This document shows positions 18,575-28,510 of a DNA stretch of 64,000 nucleotides, piece by piece. Position numbers and translations under genes: made by a program. Positions within the stretch are counted from its first letter, which is position 1; every line of letters starts with the position of its first letter. Where the stretch lies: the sequence record MW584153.1. One strand, 5' to 3'. The notes beneath the pieces were generated by a model. That model saw only the letters and a list, made by a program, of their open reading frames with translations. It was not told the DNA's origin and searched no databases. Source of the DNA: Mycobacterium phage prophi79-1.

Positions 18575-19645
18575 ATGATTGGCGGCGAGCGTAATCAGCT
18601 GGTCTCGCTCCACACTCACAAGGGAGTTCAGCTCGACCAGTACGATCCAGATCATCAGATCAGTCTGGGATGGACACGCGAGCAGAACCAAGCCTCCAAG
18701 TGTGAGATCAACGTTTCGTCCTCGCTGAATTCGGGCGTTGTGCCGGACATCGTGCCCTGGCTGCACTGGATCAGCGTGTGGGATGAGTATGGTCGGCGCC
18801 TCCACTGGACTGGCCCAGTCGTCAAATGGCAGGGGAACCGGGACCAGCTCTCGTTGACTGCATTCGACATGGGCACGTACTTCAAGAGGCAGCGCAACCC
18901 CATCACGAAGCGCTGGGAGGCAACAGATCCGGCGTTTATCGCACGCGAACTGATCGAAGCGACGATCGAACGCAAAGGGGTGTACACCACGCCGATCGTG
19001 CGTCCAGACCCGCGCGTCGACAAGTTCGACTTCCAGGTCACAGCCGACGATCAGATGCTCGACCAGACGATCTCCAGTTTGGTGAACCTTGGCCTGCGAT
19101 GGGCCGTGACCGGGGGAGTCCCAGTACTTGGGCCTATGTCGCTGAAACCTCTCGCATCGCTGGGCGAGCACGACTTTATGGGCGGAAGCCCAGTGATCAG
19201 CCGTGACGGTACCAATATGGCCAATGACATCTTGTTGCGTGCCGCCGATTCCATCGCGCGAGATCGTGTCGAGATCGAAGGAATAGATCTACAGCGCATC
19301 GTGAACATCGATGACATGTTCTCAGTCTCCAACGCCAACAAGGCAACCCGGCAGCTGGTGCGCAGCACCTCGCGGGTGCGCGACACCTTGGAGTTACCCG
19401 GTGACATCCGGCTACACCCGGAAGCTCCCATCGATCTGGACCAGCTGGTGCCGTCAGCTCGGTTCACTGTCGAGTCCTACGGTGTGCTCGCGCTCATGGA
19501 ACTCCAATCGATGCAGGTCTCGTGCAAGGAGGGCGACATCGCGGTCAGCGTGACCATGGACGCGATCTACGACGAGGACGACCCCATCGAGCTGGACAAG
19601 GTCGAAGATTCCAAGCACAGTCTGTTCGGGAGAGGCAGCCGATGA
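18575..19645 (+). CDS. minor tail protein
   Basis: 356 aa. Abuts previous gene. Typical position after Dit. Confidence 0.55.
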   Translation: MIGGERNQLVSLHTHKGVQLDQYDPDHQISLGWTREQNQASKCEINVSSSLNSGVVPDIVPWLHWISVWDEYGRRLHWTGPVVKWQGNRDQLSLTAFDMGTYFKRQRNPITKRWEATDPAFIARELIEATIERKGVYTTPIVRPDPRVDKFDFQVTADDQMLDQTISSLVNLGLRWAVTGGVPVLGPMSLKPLASLGEHDFMGGSPVISRDGTNMANDILLRAADSIARDRVEIEGIDLQRIVNIDDMFSVSNANKATRQLVRSTSRVRDTLELPGDIRLHPEAPIDLDQLVPSARFTVESYGVLALMELQSMQVSCKEGDIAVSVTMDAIYDEDDPIELDKVEDSKHSLFGRGSR

Positions 19646-22008
19646 CATTGGCGTTCCCGCGACCTCCGGGCAGCGACGCTGAGTGGGTGCGCGAAACCGA
19701 ACGCCGTCTGCGAGCACTGGAGAATCCGCGGACAATCCGGGTGGGGATGTGGGTTCTGTCCGCGATCGCCGGCCGACTGATGGCGACTAGCCCTGGCGAG
19801 GTGCTTGAGGTCGGGCAGGAACCGACTCCTGTTGCGGTTGATTTGAGTCAGCGTGGTAGCCAGGTTTCTGAGCAGGAGATCGCCGAGGCGGTCACGGGCG
19901 GCAATGGTAAGACGTTCACCTCGATCACCGACTGGTTGACGGCGAAGTGGTCGGAACTCTCGAGTACGACGACGAATGCGAACACCGGGCTCGGGAACTG
20001 GACGTCATGGCTCACCGGCGGCTCGTGGGCCACCGTTGGTGCCGCGGTGTCCGATTTCCTGAGCACCAAGAGCACCGCGACGACAGCGGGGACCAATGCG
20101 GCTACGGGGCTGGGCAATTGGACGTCCTGGCTCAGCGGTGGGTCATGGGCGAGTATTGCGGCGTCTGTTGCTGATTTCCTGGGGACGAAATCAACGGCGA
20201 ACACCGCGGGTACCAATGCCGCGACCGCGATGGCTGACGCCAGTGCTGCGTCATCGGCGGCCAGTGCCGCGCAGACCAGCGTTCAGGGCACGATCGATGC
20301 CGGTATCAACGCGATCCGCAACACCCCCGGCGTGGCCGGTCAGGCGATCGAAGGATTGGCCGAGGCGCTGGCCTCGATCCCGACCCAGCTGTACAACCAG
20401 TTCGGCGGCAACAACGTGCCCCGGGCCTCCCAGGAGCAGGCCAACGCGGCGATGGCCGCGCTGGTCAACACGGTCAATTCCCAAGGCGCGGCGATCAATG
20501 CGCTGCAAAACATCCTCTCCGATGTCGGCGGATTCAGTGCCTCTATCACGTTCCGGCCCGCGGAAACCACCGTGTTCACCGGTCCGGGCACCGCGCCGTG
20601 GACACCCCCGGCGTGGGCGGCAGGCGGGTACGGCGAGTATGTGATCGCCCCGGCCGCCGGTGGCGGCGGTGCCGGTGAAGGCGGCTCGGGCGCATTCGGT
20701 GTCGGCGGCTACCCCGGAGGGTGGGCTACCGGCACCTTCCCCATCGAGGCTGGGGCGTATTCGATCTTCGCCGGGGGCGGCGGTTTGGGCGGGCAAGACG
20801 AGGGTTTGGGCTTCGGTGATAACGGCAGCGCTGGTGATACCTCGACGATCACCAGCCCGGCCGGCGCACCGGTGGCATCGGCGGCGGGCGGCGCAGGCGG
20901 TGAGGGAGCGCGGCGCGGCGGCAGCGGGCAGAACGGGAAGACCATCAGCCCCCAAACCTTGTCGGCGTTCGGGGAGGCCTTCACCGCCGGATCCGGGGGC
21001 ACCGGCAACGCGGGCACCGGTGGCGTGGCCGGTGGCGGTGCCGGCGGTAACGGTGGCCTGTTCGGCAACTACACCAAGGGTGGCACCGGTGGGCCGGCCA
21101 AGATCTGGATGCGCGCCCGCCCGCCGATACCGCCGCAGTTCACCGCCATGGGCACCCTGATCTTGCCCACACTCAAACTCAACACCGGGGTCGCTCAAAC
21201 CGATTCGATGACTGCGGCCGGGCAGTGGCGCACGATCCCGCCCGGCGGGGCGGCCGGCGGCTACATGCTGATCATCCGCGCCAATTCGGGGTTTACCGAT
21301 TACGTCTATCTGTGGATCTGGGATGTCTTCGGTGTCACCCACTACGAGCTGGGCCGGGTGGCTTCCGGGGTCAAGTCCGCGTGGAAAACCGGCACGGTCG
21401 GGGCGGCGATCCCGTTCAACGCCTTCACCCTGACCTCCGATACCGCCCGCACCTTCACCGTCGGGGTCAACGGCACCGCGTTCGACTCCTACAACGACTC
21501 GGGCGCCACCTCCCTGATGGGCGCGGCCTACCGCAGCGGCGGCTGGGCATCCTCAGACCCGGCGCTGCCCGGCTCGATGTCCCAGTTCGCGTTCCTGGAC
21601 ACCGGCACCCCCGCCCGCATCGTCTCGGGCACCGTCGCGACCGCCCAAGGCACCAACAGCACCGCCGCCTACGTGGACCTGGCCACCCCCGGGCCTTCGG
21701 TCACTCTGAACGTTCCTGCCAGCGGCGAAGTCACCATCGATGTGTCGGCGGCCTACTCCTCGGGCGGGGCTGCCGCGCAAACCGGATACATGGGCTGTGC
21801 GCTCTCGGGCGCCAACACCCGCGCCGCGACCGACGCTACCGCCGCCTACGGGCGCACCGTCACCGCCGGACTGTTCGGCACCCTGGCGCGCCGCATCCAC
21901 CTGACCGGCCTGACCCCCGGCACCACCACGTTCAAAGCCGTCTACAAAACCAGCACTGCCGCCGCAACCTTCTCCGACCGCCACATCATCGTCGAACCCA
22001 AACCCTAA
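19642..22008 (+). CDS. minor tail protein, glycine-rich with tandem 40-aa repeat
   Basis: ATG at 19642 overlaps upstream stop. Tandem repeat TNA(N/A)TGLGNWTSWL(T/S)GGSWA...DFL(S/G)TKST. Long Gly-rich tracts (GGGGAGEGGSGAFGVGGYPGG ...). Confidence 0.6.
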   Translation: MTLAFPRPPGSDAEWVRETERRLRALENPRTIRVGMWVLSAIAGRLMATSPGEVLEVGQEPTPVAVDLSQRGSQVSEQEIAEAVTGGNGKTFTSITDWLTAKWSELSSTTTNANTGLGNWTSWLTGGSWATVGAAVSDFLSTKSTATTAGTNAATGLGNWTSWLSGGSWASIAASVADFLGTKSTANTAGTNAATAMADASAASSAASAAQTSVQGTIDAGINAIRNTPGVAGQAIEGLAEALASIPTQLYNQFGGNNVPRASQEQANAAMAALVNTVNSQGAAINALQNILSDVGGFSASITFRPAETTVFTGPGTAPWTPPAWAAGGYGEYVIAPAAGGGGAGEGGSGAFGVGGYPGGWATGTFPIEAGAYSIFAGGGGLGGQDEGLGFGDNGSAGDTSTITSPAGAPVASAAGGAGGEGARRGGSGQNGKTISPQTLSAFGEAFTAGSGGTGNAGTGGVAGGGAGGNGGLFGNYTKGGTGGPAKIWMRARPPIPPQFTAMGTLILPTLKLNTGVAQTDSMTAAGQWRTIPPGGAAGGYMLIIRANSGFTDYVYLWIWDVFGVTHYELGRVASGVKSAWKTGTVGAAIPFNAFTLTSDTARTFTVGVNGTAFDSYNDSGATSLMGAAYRSGGWASSDPALPGSMSQFAFLDTGTPARIVSGTVATAQGTNSTAAYVDLATPGPSVTLNVPASGEVTIDVSAAYSSGGAAAQTGYMGCALSGANTRAATDATAAYGRTVTAGLFGTLARRIHLTGLTPGTTTFKAVYKTSTAAATFSDRHIIVEPKP

Positions 22009-22037
22009 GACCGCACCGCGAAAGGCACAGAGAAATC

Positions 22038-22349
22038 ATGGGATTCACCAACGCGACACCGCTGAAACAGACCACCTACCAGGCCATGTACTTCGACGGC
22101 ACACCGCAGAGCGCCGCGCAGACCTTGATGATGATTGACTCGCTGCTGACCGCCCGAAAGCTGCACTACGGCATCATCCACGGTTCCCAAGAAGTCGAGA
22201 ACCCCACCGCCTGGCGTATCCAACTCGCGCGCCGCGACGGCTCAGCCGAACTCATCGCCCTCGCCGACCGCTGGATCGTCGTTTCCTCGACCGGCCAAGT
22301 CCGAGTACTCACTCCGGGCGACTACCGCGCCGAATTCGCCGTTGAGTGA
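22038..22349 (+). CDS. hypothetical tail-region protein (103 aa)
   Basis: ATG at 22038 with RBS GAGAAATC. Upstream part of the ORF-track entry 21225..22349 runs through the previous gene and is rejected. Confidence 0.4.
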   Translation: MGFTNATPLKQTTYQAMYFDGTPQSAAQTLMMIDSLLTARKLHYGIIHGSQEVENPTAWRIQLARRDGSAELIALADRWIVVSSTGQVRVLTPGDYRAEFAVE

Positions 22350-22609
22350 CCGGCGCCGGCACCGCTGCTCGCTACCCTGCCGCCATGGACGGATACCTGC
22401 GCGGTTCGGTGAAGATCCACCCGGACTATCCCGAGAACCCGACCATCGCGCTGCGCAGCGTGTTTGACGACGACGACGCCACCGGCTGCACCTCGTGGCT
22501 GGTCGTCTCGGCGAGTTCTGGGGCGCTCTATCGCACGGAGTCGTTCGTCGCCGACTGGCCCGACGCAGACGGGCTGACGTTGACGACCACGCTCACCCCA
22601 GCTCCGTAG
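22346..22609 (+). CDS. hypothetical protein (87 aa)
   Basis: GTG at 22346 overlaps upstream stop (GTGA). Confidence 0.35.
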   Translation: MTGAGTAARYPAAMDGYLRGSVKIHPDYPENPTIALRSVFDDDDATGCTSWLVVSASSGALYRTESFVADWPDADGLTLTTTLTPAP

Positions 22610-22618
22610 CCTCCCACC

Positions 22619-23251
22619 GTGGATTGGATCGAGCCGCGCACCTGCATCGATGAGAATCTCACCGTCGATGACAACGGAGCACTGTGCATGCGGCCGTGGG
22701 CGGTTCCGCGCCTCGTCCGGGACGTGAAAGTCACCGCAGCCGTCGCGTCGGCCGCCAACTTCCCCCAGACCGTCATGCCGGGGTTCCTGGTCATGAACCA
22801 GAAAGTCGGGTGGATAAACGACGGTCCGCTCCAATGCGACGTACTCATCCGGGTGATTCGTTCGTCCAAAGAGTGGATTACCAGTAACCCCAACGCGATT
22901 CAGTTTCGTGACCGGTGGACCCACGCCATTGATTCCGAGCCGGCGGTGCCAGTGACCACAGGCATCTACAACTCACAGACCGGATCCGCAATCGATGTGG
23001 GCACCAACACCGTCGCCGAGCCGATGCCTGGCAGGCAGTGGATATGGGTTGGCTCGGGCATCAGCGACGAATGGGTGTACTCGGTTGCCCCTGGTGCCAG
23101 TCTCAACGTCTGGTATCGGTGCTACGTCTGGACCCCGCCGCCATGGAGCGACAACGCCAACAAGAACTCGCCCCTGCACAGCGCCAAGGCCGCCTATGCG
23201 CGAGTCCAGCTCATGGCCATGGCCAGTCAAGGATCGCTGGTGACCGGGTGA
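22619..23251 (+). CDS. minor tail protein
   Basis: 210-aa ORF in tail block. Confidence 0.4.
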   Translation: MDWIEPRTCIDENLTVDDNGALCMRPWAVPRLVRDVKVTAAVASAANFPQTVMPGFLVMNQKVGWINDGPLQCDVLIRVIRSSKEWITSNPNAIQFRDRWTHAIDSEPAVPVTTGIYNSQTGSAIDVGTNTVAEPMPGRQWIWVGSGISDEWVYSVAPGASLNVWYRCYVWTPPPWSDNANKNSPLHSAKAAYARVQLMAMASQGSLVTG

Positions 23252-23847
23252 GCCTGAAAATCTGCACCTTTGAGTACATGCTGTCCGATCACCGCGGAGT
23301 CGGCATGCGCAAGAACTTCTTTCCGCGCGTAGTCGCCGAGGCGTTCCTGGAGTCCACCCGCGATGGCGAGATCAGCCGTGCGCCAGATCCGGTCACCATG
23401 ATCGATGGCGACCTGACGTGGAACAACAACACCCCGGACGTGCAGATGCTTGCCATGCAGATTCATCGCGGACCACGCACTGTCGTGGCGCAGAGTCCTG
23501 GCACCGTGGTGATCCACGACGCGTTCAGCCATGACGTAGCGATCAGCCCGCAAGCTGATTTCCCCTCGATCATGCAGGACGCCAGCGGTGGTCGCCTGCA
23601 GATCGACCGCCCCTCTGTCGCACGGGAAGACGTGCTCTACGGTCGGTTCTTCTTCGACACTGATGACTCGATGTGCTGGTCCCCGATCGGGGAGATCAAG
23701 CCTGGATTCTCGATGCACTTCCGGTACCTCGCGGCGGTCCAGACGCCCGGCGTATGGACCATCCCGAGTGAGTTCGAGCCCCGGTGGGAAGCTCACGCCC
23801 GCTGGACGCGGCTGCGCGCGTGGGCCTTCCCGTTGGGATCGTCGTGA
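23248..23847 (+). CDS. minor tail protein
   Basis: GTG at 23248 overlapping upstream stop (GTGA). 199 aa. Confidence 0.4.
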   Translation: MSLKICTFEYMLSDHRGVGMRKNFFPRVVAEAFLESTRDGEISRAPDPVTMIDGDLTWNNNTPDVQMLAMQIHRGPRTVVAQSPGTVVIHDAFSHDVAISPQADFPSIMQDASGGRLQIDRPSVAREDVLYGRFFFDTDDSMCWSPIGEIKPGFSMHFRYLAAVQTPGVWTIPSEFEPRWEAHARWTRLRAWAFPLGSS

Positions 23848-25133
23848 CACAACCCTGCGTCAACCCCGACCACTTCGAGATCGTGGGCGGCGCCGTAGCG
23901 CCCCAGCCGTGGATGCAGCTGCGCAATGTGGCCAGCGCCGAGGTTGGGCCAAAGTCCGTGGAGTACGACAGCTCGGGCGGTGGCGCGAAAAACGAGCTGG
24001 TGTACAAGGTTCAGACCGACTGGACGAACAACACCCCGATGCGTCAGATGGTCTACGGGCTCGTCACCAACGGCGGTCAGCAGGTGGCTCTACAGGCGCG
24101 CAGTCGCGCATACCTCGAGTATCGGCACGGGTTCGAAATCAGTGCCGACGGCGAAGACATACCCATGGTGCCGGTCAGCCGATTTGGCGGCGGTGCGGAT
24201 ATTGGTCAGGCGGGCATTCTTTCGGTCGGTACGGGCTTCTGCGTCCATGACGTCCGCATGAACTCGACTACTCACATGTTCATGCCCCACATCACTGGAT
24301 GGTTTCCCGTCGAGCCGGGGGAGAAGTTCAACGCTCGCGTGGAGCTGTGGTTCAAGAGCGAGAACTGGGAAAACTCGATGATCGACAAGGGGGACCAGGG
24401 AACTGAGTCGCTGTACCGAGATGCCGGCACTCGCCTTGACCTGTTCGCCGTTCCCGTGCTCGGTGAGCCGATCGTGCGATCGACGCCGACAGTGGTTGGA
24501 GCGTCGTGGAATATCGAGACCGACACCGCCGTGGCGGTGAACAAGCCCGCTGGAACTGCCGAGGGTGACTACATGGTCGCGGTAGTCGGGAACGCCTCGG
24601 GCAATGCCAGCCAGGTCACCTTGCCGTCTGGATGGACACTGCTCGACCAGCATGACGGCGGCTTCGGCGTGTTGCACGTGAAGGTTGCCACCAAGGTTGC
24701 CGGACCGTCTGAGCCCTCTTCATACACATTCGGGCACAGTGGATTCCCGTTGTCGGAAGGCATGGCCCAGATCGTGACGCTGCGCGGCGTGGATACCGCG
24801 GTGCTGCCGGACGTCGCGCTGCAGTTCACCAAGCCATCACTGCTCGGTGGAAAGAACACGATGTTGCCGTCGATCGTCAGCTACAACAAGCTGATGCTGG
24901 CATTCAGCTTTGTTAACCAGCTCGTAGGTCAGATCTACCAGACACCACCACCCGGTATGACGAAGCTGACCGATGACCAGGGCGACTACAACGCACTTTC
25001 GATCGCGTACCAGGCCAACCCGCCTATCCCGACGGGTCTGCGGCCGTTCAAGGCAGACCGACATGTCCTCATCGGTGACGGCCGTGTCAGTGGAGTTATT
25101 ACGGTGACAGGACCGGTGATTGAGCCGACCTAA
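23844..25133 (+). CDS. minor tail protein (429 aa)
   Basis: GTG at 23844 overlapping upstream stop (GTGA). Confidence 0.45.
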   Translation: MTQPCVNPDHFEIVGGAVAPQPWMQLRNVASAEVGPKSVEYDSSGGGAKNELVYKVQTDWTNNTPMRQMVYGLVTNGGQQVALQARSRAYLEYRHGFEISADGEDIPMVPVSRFGGGADIGQAGILSVGTGFCVHDVRMNSTTHMFMPHITGWFPVEPGEKFNARVELWFKSENWENSMIDKGDQGTESLYRDAGTRLDLFAVPVLGEPIVRSTPTVVGASWNIETDTAVAVNKPAGTAEGDYMVAVVGNASGNASQVTLPSGWTLLDQHDGGFGVLHVKVATKVAGPSEPSSYTFGHSGFPLSEGMAQIVTLRGVDTAVLPDVALQFTKPSLLGGKNTMLPSIVSYNKLMLAFSFVNQLVGQIYQTPPPGMTKLTDDQGDYNALSIAYQANPPIPTGLRPFKADRHVLIGDGRVSGVITVTGPVIEPT

Positions 25134-25150
25134 CCTCTGGAGGTCATACG

Positions 25151-25513
25151 ATGTACAACCCGCCCGAAGGCTATCTGGACTTTCTCGATGATGTGTCGCG
25201 GAGCGTGCGCGAGTACGGGCCGTACGTCACGCACGAGATACCCGGCATTGGTCCGCTGCGCGTACGTCGGCCTATCCCAAAGTCATTGGCCGCCCTCGGC
25301 AAGGCGGTTGGCGCCAAGATCAGCGACGCCGAGCGCAACAGCTACATCGGCCTGTTCGTCCAGAACCACGTGGAGCCCGACGATTTCACGCGCCTGCTAG
25401 CCGGCATGATGTTGGGGGACTATCCCTCCGACGCGGTGGCCCTGGTCTGCAAATCGATTAGCACGTGGGGCACCGCCCGCCCTACGGTGCCGTCATCAAC
25501 CTCGCGTTGCTGA
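25151..25513 (+). CDS. hypothetical tail-region protein (120 aa)
   Basis: RBS GGAGGTCATACGATG. Confidence 0.4.
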   Translation: MYNPPEGYLDFLDDVSRSVREYGPYVTHEIPGIGPLRVRRPIPKSLAALGKAVGAKISDAERNSYIGLFVQNHVEPDDFTRLLAGMMLGDYPSDAVALVCKSISTWGTARPTVPSSTSRC

Positions 25514-25806
25514 CGGCTCACAATTGGAGGGCTGTTCGCAGCCACATCATCGGTCTCGGCATCGGCGACCCGCTAGAGATGCCGTCCATGCACCAAATCC
25601 TCGATATCACCGAGAAACTGGTCCTTGAATCGTTCGTGTCTTCCGACCATAAGAAAGACCAGCGCGACCGCGAGCATTTCATCGACACCCTGTATCGACC
25701 GAACTTGGAAGAGATCAGCACGGGTGGTGGCGAGCTGGCGGTACCTGCGGGGTTCGAGGATGGCGGAGAGGATTCGTTCTCGTCGTTCATGGCTCAGGCA
25801 CGGTAG
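25465..25806 (+). CDS. hypothetical protein (true start uncertain, possibly ATG at 25579)
   Basis: ORF overlaps previous by 49 nt in another frame. Confidence 0.25.
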   Translation: MGHRPPYGAVINLALLTAHNWRAVRSHIIGLGIGDPLEMPSMHQILDITEKLVLESFVSSDHKKDQRDREHFIDTLYRPNLEEISTGGGELAVPAGFEDGGEDSFSSFMAQAR

Positions 25807-25824
25807 GTCGCTACCCTCACGCCT

Positions 25825-26235
25825 GTGCCACTTGTTGCAGCCCTCGATCTCTCGCAGCCGATCGGTGAGCGGCTGCCGCCCGAGGTCATCGCGGAGATCA
25901 AGGAAGTGGCCCCGTCGAGCGTCGAGAACGGCGCCATCACGACCGACAAGCTGCGAGACGGCGCGGTCACATCGCAGAAGATCGCGCCGGGCGCAGTCGA
26001 CGATCTCGCTATCGGCAACGGTCAAGTTAAGAACGCGGCCCTGGCGAACGGCGCTGTCTCGGAAGCCAAGATCGCCGATGACGCGGTGACGCCGGCCAAA
26101 TGCGGTACCGGAGTGGTGACCGCAGAAGATGCAACCGGCGCGGCGATTGAGCTGAAAGTCAAGTTCGTCACTTCCACGCAGTATGCGGCTCTCACCACGA
26201 AAGACCCCAACGTCCTGTACTTCACAACGGACTGA
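25825..26235 (+). CDS. tail fibre-like protein with short periodic repeats
   Basis: GTG start. Repeats of pattern GA(V/I)T..KI(A/R)..AV (ENGAITTDKLRDGAVTSQKIAPGAVDDLAIGNGQVKNAALANGAVSEAKIADDAVTPAK). Confidence 0.4.
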   Translation: MPLVAALDLSQPIGERLPPEVIAEIKEVAPSSVENGAITTDKLRDGAVTSQKIAPGAVDDLAIGNGQVKNAALANGAVSEAKIADDAVTPAKCGTGVVTAEDATGAAIELKVKFVTSTQYAALTTKDPNVLYFTTD

Positions 26236-26951
26236 TGAGCGGGTACCACGGGATCGGCCCGATTGCGGGCGCCTACCGCGGGAGCGCCCCACTCACAGCC
26301 GCGTATCGTGGCTCGGTCAAGGTGTGGTCACGAAACCGCATGTTCGACAACTTCTCCGGGCCAAACATCGATCTCAAAGACACCGGCCGATGGGCTGATC
26401 TTGGCCCCTCCACGGACTACCGGGCGGCGATAGTCGATGGGGTTATGCGCCTCGGCATGCCGGATGGCCTCATCGCCACTACCAACCGATTCAGCCGGGC
26501 CCGATACACCGTCGCCCAGCACGCGGCCGACGACGGATACATCGAGTGCCGCGCTGCTACCAAGGGCAACGGATCTCCACCGCTCGGCGGTGCGTCGTAT
26601 ACGACGATCCTCTATCGCCGGGCCAACAACACCGGCGCGACGCAGACGCATGGGGTCGGAATCGGACTGCGAGAATCGAAGCTGTTCATCGCCCTGCGTG
26701 CGTCGAGCATTGACGCCGAAGTGGTGCAGTGCGGCAGCTTCGGTGCGGGAGATATCTTCCGACTCAAGCAAGTCGGCAATCTGCACAGCATGTATCGCAA
26801 TGGCCAGTTCGTCGGCGAGTGGAAGGACACCAACAACCTTGCCGCGATGGGGCCGGACTATCGCTCGATGACAGTCCGCGTCGATGCTTCCAAGGACATC
26901 CTCGGACCGCGCCGATTTTCGCCGGCACTCGATTACGTTGAGTGCAGCTAG
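26235..26951 (+). CDS. minor tail / receptor-binding-region protein (238 aa)
   Basis: Last rightward gene of tail block. Stop overlaps stop of convergent leftward gene. Confidence 0.4.
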   Translation: MSGYHGIGPIAGAYRGSAPLTAAYRGSVKVWSRNRMFDNFSGPNIDLKDTGRWADLGPSTDYRAAIVDGVMRLGMPDGLIATTNRFSRARYTVAQHAADDGYIECRAATKGNGSPPLGGASYTTILYRRANNTGATQTHGVGIGLRESKLFIALRASSIDAEVVQCGSFGAGDIFRLKQVGNLHSMYRNGQFVGEWKDTNNLAAMGPDYRSMTVRVDASKDILGPRRFSPALDYVECS

Positions 26952-27370
26952 GTCCGCGCGCCCCAGTTTCCCGGTCCGCGACGGTGCCGATTCCAGACGT
27001 CGATCGTTTCCTCGGACCAGCCGCGGTACTTACCGATCCGGGCATCTTCTTCCGGAAGTGCGTACTTGGTGAGTGACGACGCGCCCTTGAGGCCGAGAAA
27101 CTGCGCTACTTCGGAAATGCCCATGTAGTGGACTGGCGTGCGACGGCTGGTCTTCGTCGGCTGCTTCTTCCAGTTGCCGGGTCCACGGCGGTTGGCGTTC
27201 CACGTCGCGATGGACTCTTCCGTCCATCCCCGATAGCTGCCGATGGTGGCGTCTTCCCGGGGGAGCCTGTATTTGGTCAGCGACGCTGTGTTCTTGAGCC
27301 CTAGGTATTGCGCTACGTCGTTAGCGCTTAGGTACTGCACTACCTTCTTGCGCAGTGCAGTTGCGCTCAC
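26948..27370 (-). CDS. tandem helix-turn-helix (HTH_17 / excisionase-MerR-like) DNA-binding protein
   Basis: Two 65-aa repeats: LSANDVAQYLGLKNTASLTKYRLPREDATIGSYRGWTEESIATW and ISEVAQFLGLKGASSLTKYALPEEDARIGKYRGWSEETIDVW. Matches the excisionase-family HTH pattern. Confidence 0.55.
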   Translation of the reverse strand: MSATALRKKVVQYLSANDVAQYLGLKNTASLTKYRLPREDATIGSYRGWTEESIATWNANRRGPGNWKKQPTKTSRRTPVHYMGISEVAQFLGLKGASSLTKYALPEEDARIGKYRGWSEETIDVWNRHRRGPGNWGART

Positions 27371-27381
27371 CGTGGTCTCCT

Positions 27382-27861
27382 TTAGCTGCGTCGTGGTTGC
27401 CGGTCACCTACGAGTATAGGCAGTATCAGCCCGCTGTCGACCGCAGCCCGGCCAATCACGGCGCGTTGCCAGTCGGCACGAGGATCGTCGCGGACCGGCA
27501 TTTCGAACGGATTGTCCTCGCTGGCCTGGGAGTCCTTAGCAACATCGATGACCTTCTCGACGTCCCGATCGAATTCTTCGATGACGCCCAGAATGCTATC
27601 GATGAGGCCCGGGGGGCAGGCGGATCGGCCAATTTCGATGTCGGAGAAGCTCTTGGGCTTCATGCCGAGTTTAAACGCCATGGAGTGCGAGCTGAGCCCG
27701 ATGTAGTTGCGATGCGCACGGATCAGCTCACCGAGACCTTCGGTGTACTCCGGGGGTCGTTTTTCGGGCACGTCGTCTCCTCGTAGACACGACGACCCCG
27801 ACGTTTGTGGCTGGGGCGGGCCAACAAACATCGGGGTCGGGGGATCGCACCAAGCTACCAC
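27382..27861 (-). CDS. XRE/Cro-CI-type HTH transcriptional regulator (candidate repressor)
   Basis: HTH segment LGELIRAHRNYIGLSSHSMAFKLGMKPKSFSDIEIG. Start uncertain (GTG 27861, ATG 27879 or 27831). The ORF-track N-terminus is likely spurious. Confidence 0.5.
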   Translation of the reverse strand: MVAWCDPPTPMFVGPPQPQTSGSSCLRGDDVPEKRPPEYTEGLGELIRAHRNYIGLSSHSMAFKLGMKPKSFSDIEIGRSACPPGLIDSILGVIEEFDRDVEKVIDVAKDSQASEDNPFEMPVRDDPRADWQRAVIGRAAVDSGLILPILVGDRQPRRS

Positions 27862-28427
27862 CCGCGTTTGGCCTTGCATATGGGACCGATACCGGCCTCG
27901 ATGCTCGCCTCGTCGGTTAGTTCCAAGCCACAGCATATGCAGATGCCGTAGAGCTTCCCCAACTCTGCACAGCGGTCCTGGTCGTCATCGATACGTTTGC
28001 CGGTGGCTCGCACCTCACGCAGGATTCCCACCGCAATGTCGAACCTGCGCGTCTTGGTGTCTAGGACTTTGCCGTACTGACGTCCAGAGCCGTGGACGGC
28101 GTGGATAACCTTGACGATCCGGCCGTCGGCCAGCTCGTAGAAGCCGTCCTCGATCTCAAGGGCATCAGGTCCGCCGACATGCGATCGCACTGCGTTCACC
28201 GCGTCCTGGTGAGCATGCAGATACGCCCTGGTCTCTTCGATACGGGCGCTGGCACCCGACTTGCTCAATCGATCCAATAGGGCGTCGATCTCCTCCGATG
28301 CCGCGTCCTCCCGCTTGCCGTTCAGCTGCGCCTTCTGGAGCAGCAGCGAGCGCAGATAGCTTCGTTGTGAATCAGTGATGGGGTCAACGTCCACGCCTGA
28401 TGCGGGTGCGGCAAATGGTGATCGCAT
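27855..28427 (-). CDS. hypothetical protein with C-terminal Cys cluster (CICCGLELTD...GIGPICKAK)
   Basis: 190 aa. ATG at 28427 directly downstream of module copy 2. Confidence 0.45.
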   Translation of the reverse strand: MRSPFAAPASGVDVDPITDSQRSYLRSLLLQKAQLNGKREDAASEEIDALLDRLSKSGASARIEETRAYLHAHQDAVNAVRSHVGGPDALEIEDGFYELADGRIVKVIHAVHGSGRQYGKVLDTKTRRFDIAVGILREVRATGKRIDDDQDRCAELGKLYGICICCGLELTDEASIEAGIGPICKAKRGW

Positions 28428-28440
28428 GTCTCGGTCCTTT

Positions 28441-28510
28441 CCGATTGGGCGGGTTTCGTCCCTGCCTCTGTCTCAATAATACCTATGGTTGTCGGTATTG
28501 AACCTGGTTT
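28441..28510 (-). promoter_or_regulatory. leftward promoter-operator-leader module (copy 2)
   Basis: Minus strand: TTCAAT - palindrome ATACCgacaaccATAGGTAT - TATTAT, leader GGCAGGGACGAAACCCGCC, RBS GGAAAGGACC, ATG. Confidence 0.5.

Noticed and set aside
20251-21342. 363-aa antisense ORF inside the Gly-rich minor tail gene
   Set aside because: Antisense to Gly-codon-rich sequence gives Pro/Ala/Arg-rich pseudo-ORF. No independent support.
21225-22037. Upstream 270 codons of track ORF 21225..22349
   Set aside because: Out-of-frame read-through across the minor tail gene. Only the 3' part from ATG 22038 has an RBS and fits operon spacing.
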